From: Actinomycetota bacterium
GTDB taxonomy: Bacteria > Actinomycetota > UBA4738 > JBJMLN01
Length of the DNA: 64,000 bases
Direction: 5' to 3'
Assembly: GCA_045805285.1 (NCBI GenBank)
Contig: JBJMLN010000080.1
Coordinates: 17,705 to 81,704 of the forward strand
Shown one piece after another: positions 58,632-64,000 of this stretch. The notes under the pieces are model-generated. The model was not told the origin of the DNA. It made no database searches and was given only the letters and a program-made list of their open reading frames with translations. The first letter of the stretch is position 1. Every line of letters starts with the position of its first letter. The translations under genes and the position numbers were made by a program.

Positions 58632-59056
58632 TGCCTCGGATCGCGACGTTCGTGCTGGTCGCGGCTCTGCTGGCGCTGCCGGCGTGCTCACACTCCGTCG
58701 AGGCCGCGCCGGGCCGGAACCTCCCGCTGAAGATCCAGCCCGACGACCCCAGCCAGCCGTACGGGATCACCGCGATCGACTACCACTTCCACGACGCTCA
58801 TCCGACCCGGCCGCTCGGCATGACACGGACCGTGATCGTCACGAACGAGGGGTCCGTCCTCCACAACGTCACGGTCCCCGGGACCGATATCGACAAGAAC
58901 CTGAAACCCGGCCAGCGGCTCGTCATCCCTGACATCGGTCGGACGCTCGGAGGGCCGGGCTATTACCCGTTCTTTTGCGATCTGCACGTGCCGCAGGGGA
59001 TGGCGGGCGTGATCGTGATCCAGGGAGCTCCTCCGCCGTCACAGGCGACGCCGTAG
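58631..59056 (+). CDS. cupredoxin-like (type-1 blue copper) lipoprotein
   Basis: Lipobox LLALPAC. Candidate T1 Cu ligands His (VLHNVTV)…Cys-x2-His-x4-Met (FFCDLHVPQGM). Confidence 0.65.
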   Translation: MPRIATFVLVAALLALPACSHSVEAAPGRNLPLKIQPDDPSQPYGITAIDYHFHDAHPTRPLGMTRTVIVTNEGSVLHNVTVPGTDIDKNLKPGQRLVIPDIGRTLGGPGYYPFFCDLHVPQGMAGVIVIQGAPPPSQATP

Positions 59057-60187
59057 GAACGGACGTGGTTCGACCGAACCATACGGGTGGACGTCTGGGG
59101 TTCGGCGTCGACGTTCCGGAGGGCGAAAAGAAAGGCGGGCCGAGGAACCTTTGGAGCCGCTCGCGCCTTCCCCATACGCGAGCGTTGTCTACTCAGTTCC
59201 TCGACCCGCCAAGCGTTGGCCCCAAGCGACTCGGTGGGTCGGAAGTCCGTTGGTGCTCCTCCGCTCGGAGATCTGTTCGGCACCGCGTGAACGGTTCCGT
59301 TCGATCGATCCGCTCGGAGGTCCTTCCGTCCTCCGATCCCCGCGGCCGCTCGGGACCGACGCGAAAGCTAGCAAGGGCCCCTACGTGTGTCAATCTGACG
59401 GAAGGGTCTGCGCCGCAACGGAAGCATCATGTTCGCGCAGGTAGCGGGACCAGAACGCTCCCGCACAAAGAGTGACACAACGCGACGGGTCGCCCCGCGA
59501 CCGAAACGGACGAGTCCGTTGTGTCGCGTCGGAGAACGTTCCGTCGGCGTCTTGTCGCGTTGTCATCGGAAGGTCACTCACCGCCTCACCTCAGTGCATC
59601 CGCATCACGATCGCGAACGTCCCGGGCGCGATCCCATGCCGGACGGAGATCCGCGACGCGAACCGGGACGAGATCGACGGGACGGAAACGGATACCGACA
59701 AACAACGCAGCGCTCGATGCGGTCGACGGACGCGACGGTCACCGGTGCGAACACGTCGCGAAGCGACGCTATGAACCCGATCGCTTTTCAGATGCACGAT
59801 GCATCGTCAACATCGAGATCGTCGTTGCCTCAGCCGAGAGCCGACGTGAACGCGAGCGCCCGCGAACCGTGGGGGACCGCCCTGATGGTGGGGAGCTTGT
59901 AGTCGCCCCTCCTCCGGTCCTGGCTCCCCCCAGGATCCTGAGGGGCCGAGGCTCGAAGGCCAGCGAGGCCCCCGTGACGAAGGCCTCCATGAAGCGGCGT
60001 CGCCCGACCGACGCGTCTCAGGGCCTCTGCCAGGGCATTCACGCCTCTATCGATGCCGAGCAGCGACCCGGGCACGCTTCCGTCATCCTGGATCCGAAGC
60101 ACGATCGTTGCCGCGGGCGGCGCGACTTGGTGGTTCGTTCCGGTGGGCGGCATCGGCTCCACGGAGCCTTGTCGCGGTTCGTGTGGC

Positions 60188-61021
60188 TCAGGCGCCGGCC
60201 GCGACGAGGACGAGCTCGGTGGCGAGCGCGAACGTGAAGCCCGCGAGGACGCCCCACAGCGTGATCTCCCACGACAGTCGTCGGCCGGCGGAGAACAGCT
60301 CCCCGATCACGTACAGGATCGCGCCCGCCGCAAGGGAGAGGAACGCGACCGAGACGTACACGGTCGACGCGAACGCCGTTCCGACGAGCGTTCCGACGAA
60401 CGTCGGGCCACCCGCGATCAAGCCGGCGGTCGCGAGCCAGCCCCAGGAAGGTCGAACGTCAGCCGCGGCGAGCGGCCCGACGATGCCGAAGCCCTCCGTC
60501 GCGTTGTGGGCGGCGAATCCGATCACGAGCAGGAGCGCGAGTGCGACGTCTCCCGCGTGCGCGGACTGTCCGATCGCGAGCCCCTCAGAGAAGTTGTGCA
60601 GCCCGATGCCGATCGCGATCGACATCCCGAGCCGGAGCGCGTCCCGTTCGGGCGCGTGCGCCTCCGCGACCGCCATCGCTCCCGGGCCAAGGCTCTGACG
60701 CGCTTCGCGCCGACGCAGCAGGCGCTGCACGTAGAGCAACGACAGCAGGCCGATGCCGAACGCGAGGACGTTGACAGCCGCGAGCGAGAAGACCCCCGCC
60801 CAGCTCTCGGTGCCCGCCTGGGTAGCCTCCGCCTTGCTCACGACCGTCCCGGTCGAGTGCTGCAGGATGTCGAAGAACAGGAAGATGAGGATGCCCGCGG
60901 ACGCGCCGTTCAGGAACGTCTTCAGTCCGAGGCTTGCGCTCTTGATCCGCCCGACGGGGAGTCCCAGGAAGATGGTGAGCCCCGCGACCAGTCCGAGCGC
61001 GATCGTCTGTGGGGTGCTCAC
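60188..61021 (-). CDS. ZIP-family metal cation transporter (ZupT-like)
   Basis: 8-TM protein with ZIP signatures GLHNFSEGLAIG and HNATEG. Confidence 0.85.
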   Translation of the reverse strand: MSTPQTIALGLVAGLTIFLGLPVGRIKSASLGLKTFLNGASAGILIFLFFDILQHSTGTVVSKAEATQAGTESWAGVFSLAAVNVLAFGIGLLSLLYVQRLLRRREARQSLGPGAMAVAEAHAPERDALRLGMSIAIGIGLHNFSEGLAIGQSAHAGDVALALLLVIGFAAHNATEGFGIVGPLAAADVRPSWGWLATAGLIAGGPTFVGTLVGTAFASTVYVSVAFLSLAAGAILYVIGELFSAGRRLSWEITLWGVLAGFTFALATELVLVAAGA

Positions 61022-61180
61022 CGGTACGCGACTCCTCGTGTTTCCGAAGATGCTGCGAGGGCCGGGGGCGCCTCGCGGCGAAAGTCTACCTCAGGGGTCG
61101 GATTCGAAAACCTGGCGGTTGACCGCGAGCCACGCTGCCACGAGACCGCCGGCGTCGGCGTCGCAACTACAATCGGACCG

Positions 61181-63871
61181 GTGGCGGATCCAAGCGCGAA
61201 GCAAGACTCGAAGCCCGAATCGAAGCCCGACGACGAACCACGCAAGCGACTCTTCCTTCTGGACGGCCACAGCCTCTCGTATCGTGCCTTCTTCGCTCTC
61301 CCCACGTCGCTGGCGACGACCACCGGCCAGATCACGAACGCCGTCTACGGCTTCACCTCCATGCTCATCAAGCTGCTCGGCGAGGAGCGTCCCGACTACA
61401 TCGCGGTGGCGTTCGACATGGGGCGCCCGACGGTCCGCCTGGAGAAGTACGCCGACTACAAGGCCGGGCGCGCCGAGGCGCCCGACGAGTTCCGTCAGCA
61501 GCTCGGCCTGATCCTCGAGGTCCTCCAGACGCTTCGGATCCCGATCGTGCGCATCGAGGGCCACGAGGCCGACGACGCGATCGCGACGCTCGCGCTCCGC
61601 GCGGTCGAGCAGGGCATCGACGTCGTCATCGTCACCGCGGACCGGGACTTCTTCCAGATCGTCCGGCCCGGGATCACCGTCCTGTTCAACCGGAAAGGGA
61701 TCTCCGACATCGTGCGCTACGACGAGCAGGCGGTGACGGAGCGGTTCGGCCTCCCGCCCGCGAAGTACCTCGAGTACGTCGCGCTGAAGGGAGACGCCTC
61801 CGACAACATCCCGGGCGTTCCGGGCGTCGGAGAGAAGACCGCATCGAAGCTCGTGCAGGACTACGGCTCGATCGAGGAGCTCATGCGCCACACCGACGAG
61901 CTGAAGCCGAAGCTCCGTGAGTCGATCTCGGCGGCGGGGGACCAGCTGACGCTCAACAAGGAACTCGCGCGCCTCGAGACCGACCTCGACCTCGACATCA
62001 CGCCCGAAGAGGCCGTCATGGGGGAGTGGGATGTCGACGCGGTGCGGCGGCTGTTCACCTCGTTGGAGTTCCGGACGCTCTTCGAACGGCTGGAGGAGGT
62101 CGGCCGCTCGCTGAAGCCCGCCGTCGAGGTGGCGGAGCTCGATCTGCGTCGCGTTCCGCTCAAGGAGCTGTCGAAGTCGCTCGCGGGAACGTCGCCGCGC
62201 GGTGTCGCCGTCAAGAGCGAAGGAGCGCGGATCCGGGAGCTCGCGGTCTCGCCGGGTGGCGGCCAGGCCGCCGTCGCGGAGCTGGGAGCTTCCGCGCAGG
62301 CCGCCGGCTTCCTCGCGGATCCGAGAAAGCCGAAGTGGGCGCACGACGTCAAGCAGCTCGAGACCGCCGTGCTCGCCGCAGGCGGAGAGCTCGAGGGGGC
62401 GTCGTTCGACACGCTCCTCGCGGCGTACCTGCTCGATCCGGCCGCGTCGGAGTATCCGCTCGACGAGCTCTGCCGGCAGTACCTCGGCTCCGACGTCCTG
62501 GGAACGGAGCGTGCCGAGGACGAGCCCGAGCAGGAGGGCCTCTTCGCGCAGGACGACCTCACGTCGGCCGCGCACGCAGCGGCGATCGCACTTCTCGCGC
62601 CGGTGATGGAGGAGCGCGTCGCCCGCGCAGGCCTCGGAGAGCTGCTCGCCGACGTCGAGCTTCCGCTCGCGAGCGTCCTCGCGCGGATGCAGGCGCGCGG
62701 CGTCGCGCTCGACGTCGAGTACCTCGAGGAGATGGCCGAGAGCGTCCGCGACCGTATGGCGACGCTCCAGCACGAGATCTACGAAGCGGCCGGGGAGCAG
62801 TTCAACCTCAATTCACCGCCGCAACTCCGCGCGATCCTCTACGACAAGCTCGGGCTGTCGCCCGGCAAGAAGACGCCGAAGGGACAGCTCTCCACCGACG
62901 CCTCGGTGTTGGAGAAGCTCCGGGATGCCCATCCGATCGTCGATGCGCTCCTGGCGTGGCGGGAGCTCGACAAGCTGAACTCCACGTACCTGGAGGCGCT
63001 CCCGCGGCTCGTCGATCCGGAGACGCACCGGGTCCATACGACGTTCATGCAGGCCGTCGCGGCGACCGGGCGGCTCTCCTCGACGAACCCGAACCTCCAG
63101 AATGTGCCCGTCCGCGGGGAGCTCGGCCGGCAGATCCGTCGAGCCTTCGTTCCCGGCTCGGAGGCGCAGCTGATTCTCGTCGCCGACTACTCGCAGATCG
63201 AGCTCCGCATCCTCGCGCACCTCTCCGGCGACCAAGGCTTGATGGAGGCGTTCGCGTCCGGCACCGACATCCACACCGCCACCGCGGCCCGAGTGTTCGG
63301 GCTGCCCGAGGACCGCGTCGATCCGGAGTCGAGGCGCCGCGCGAAGATGGTGAACTACGGCCTCGCGTACGGCATGAACGCATTCGGCCTCGCGTCGCGA
63401 CTCGACATCGCGCCGGACGAGGCGCAGGGGTTCATCGACGCGTACTTCGAGAGTTTTCCCGACATCCGCGAGTACCTCGACCGGCAGGTCGCGCGTGCAT
63501 CCGCGGAGGGCTTCACCGAGACGCTTCTCGGTCGTCGCCGCTACGTGCCGGAGCTGCAGGCCGCGAACCCGCGCGTCCGCGACCTCGGCCGCCGCATCGC
63601 GTTGAACGCCCCGATCCAGGGGAGCGCGAGCGACGTGTTCAAGCTCGCGATGATCCGCGTCGACCGGGCGCTCCGTGCCTCGGAGCTCGACTGCCACATG
63701 CTGCTGACCGTGCACGACGAGCTCGTCTTCGAGGTCGCCGCAGAGGACGTGGAGGAAGCCGCGCGCCTCGTTAAGGAGCGGATGGAGGGCGCCTACGAGC
63801 TCGCCGTCCCGCTCCGCGCCGACGTCGGCTGGGGCGCGAACTGGTCGGAGGCGGCGCCGGAGGGCCACTGA
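61181..63871 (+). CDS. polA: DNA polymerase I
   Basis: 5'-3' exonuclease domain (LLDGHSLSYRAFFAL…EADDAIATLA), a 3'-5' exo-like region, and polymerase motifs A (LILVADYSQIELRILAHLS), B (RRRAKMVNYGLAYG) and C (LTVHDELVFEV). GTG 61181 chosen; the upstream R/E-rich track extension overlaps the ZIP gene. Confidence 0.9.
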   Translation: MADPSAKQDSKPESKPDDEPRKRLFLLDGHSLSYRAFFALPTSLATTTGQITNAVYGFTSMLIKLLGEERPDYIAVAFDMGRPTVRLEKYADYKAGRAEAPDEFRQQLGLILEVLQTLRIPIVRIEGHEADDAIATLALRAVEQGIDVVIVTADRDFFQIVRPGITVLFNRKGISDIVRYDEQAVTERFGLPPAKYLEYVALKGDASDNIPGVPGVGEKTASKLVQDYGSIEELMRHTDELKPKLRESISAAGDQLTLNKELARLETDLDLDITPEEAVMGEWDVDAVRRLFTSLEFRTLFERLEEVGRSLKPAVEVAELDLRRVPLKELSKSLAGTSPRGVAVKSEGARIRELAVSPGGGQAAVAELGASAQAAGFLADPRKPKWAHDVKQLETAVLAAGGELEGASFDTLLAAYLLDPAASEYPLDELCRQYLGSDVLGTERAEDEPEQEGLFAQDDLTSAAHAAAIALLAPVMEERVARAGLGELLADVELPLASVLARMQARGVALDVEYLEEMAESVRDRMATLQHEIYEAAGEQFNLNSPPQLRAILYDKLGLSPGKKTPKGQLSTDASVLEKLRDAHPIVDALLAWRELDKLNSTYLEALPRLVDPETHRVHTTFMQAVAATGRLSSTNPNLQNVPVRGELGRQIRRAFVPGSEAQLILVADYSQIELRILAHLSGDQGLMEAFASGTDIHTATAARVFGLPEDRVDPESRRRAKMVNYGLAYGMNAFGLASRLDIAPDEAQGFIDAYFESFPDIREYLDRQVARASAEGFTETLLGRRRYVPELQAANPRVRDLGRRIALNAPIQGSASDVFKLAMIRVDRALRASELDCHMLLTVHDELVFEVAAEDVEEAARLVKERMEGAYELAVPLRADVGWGANWSEAAPEGH

Positions 63872-64000
63872 GCCGTCGCCGCGGCGTCCACAGCAGGCCT
63901 CGCGCTAGACCGGTTGACCTGCTCGTTCGATCCGCGTCCGGCCTTTGACACGCTTTCCGACGCACGACTACCATACGCGGGCCGCACGGCACTTCGCATC

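Noticed and set aside
59880-59935. tmRNA-like 3' end: reverse complement reads …AGCTCCCCACCA
   Set aside because: There is no adjacent T-arm (GGTTCGANTCC) and no 5' tRNA-like half or tag reading frame. This is probably a chance CCACCA.
59830-60162. Minus-strand 110-aa ORF containing LLGIDRGVNALAEAL, reminiscent of a RuvC-I/transposase-like motif
   Set aside because: The rest of the ORF is G/R/P-rich with no further nuclease or transposase motifs. It is treated as noncoding.
59521-60237. 238-aa ORF and other 60-160-aa ORFs filling the 59.0-60.2 kb gap
   Set aside because: R/S/P-rich, non-protein-like translations typical of high-GC noncoding DNA. None shows domain-like motifs.
1-64000. CRISPR arrays, IS elements/transposases, integrases, rRNA genes
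   Set aside because: No spaced direct repeats, terminal inverted repeats, DDE/serine/tyrosine recombinase motifs or rRNA-like conserved stretches were seen anywhere in the window.

Overview
This is a high-GC (about 70%) chromosomal segment with a gene order like Mycobacterium and related actinobacteria. No rRNA, CRISPR array or IS/transposase is visible; there is one tRNA.

Contents in order:
- 1-5.4 kb: a cell-envelope glycopolymer cluster (polymerase-like membrane protein, NodB deacetylase, GT4 glycosyltransferase, WecA/MraY-family sugar-phosphate transferase, formyltransferase).
- 5.4-7.7 kb: a class-V PLP enzyme and an F420-type LLM oxidoreductase.
- 7.8-15.1 kb: a DNA-damage island. A consensus LexA (SOS) box lies between a DUF402 gene and a small Trp-rich ORF. 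It is followed by a family-4 uracil-DNA glycosylase, a small DenV-like protein, error-prone DnaE2 and a catalytically intact DinB.
- 15.1-20.7 kb: a DUF3040 protein, a MerR regulator, and a MoxR ATPase / DUF58 / transglutaminase-like membrane protein operon.
- 21.0-21.5 kb: an HNH endonuclease.
- 21.7-43.9 kb: a complete, mostly translationally coupled dcw cluster and its downstream neighbours: mraZ-rsmH-ftsL-ftsI-murE-murF-mraY-murD-ftsW-murG-murC-murB-ftsQ-ftsZ, then pgeF-yggS-sepF-yggT-divIVA-ileS.
- 44.0-54.3 kb: TraR/DksA-like, lspA, rluD, a Cas4-like PD-(D/E)XK nuclease, replicative dnaE1, a HisA/PriA-family isomerase embedded directly in front of trpC-trpB-trpA, and tRNA-Leu(CAA).
- 54.4-64 kb: a type-1 solute-binding lipoprotein, a polar amino-acid ABC transporter, a cupredoxin lipoprotein, a roughly 1.1 kb lower-GC gap with no coding potential, a ZIP metal transporter and polA.

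Most interesting to me: the SOS-box plus Trp-rich small protein; the imuA/imuB-less dnaE2-dinB operon with in-frame tandem repeats; the HisA/PriA gene in the trp cluster; the unexplained 1.1 kb noncoding gap.

Coordinates of CDS ends come from the supplied ORF track. Starts were chosen by homology and overlap logic and may be off by a few codons.
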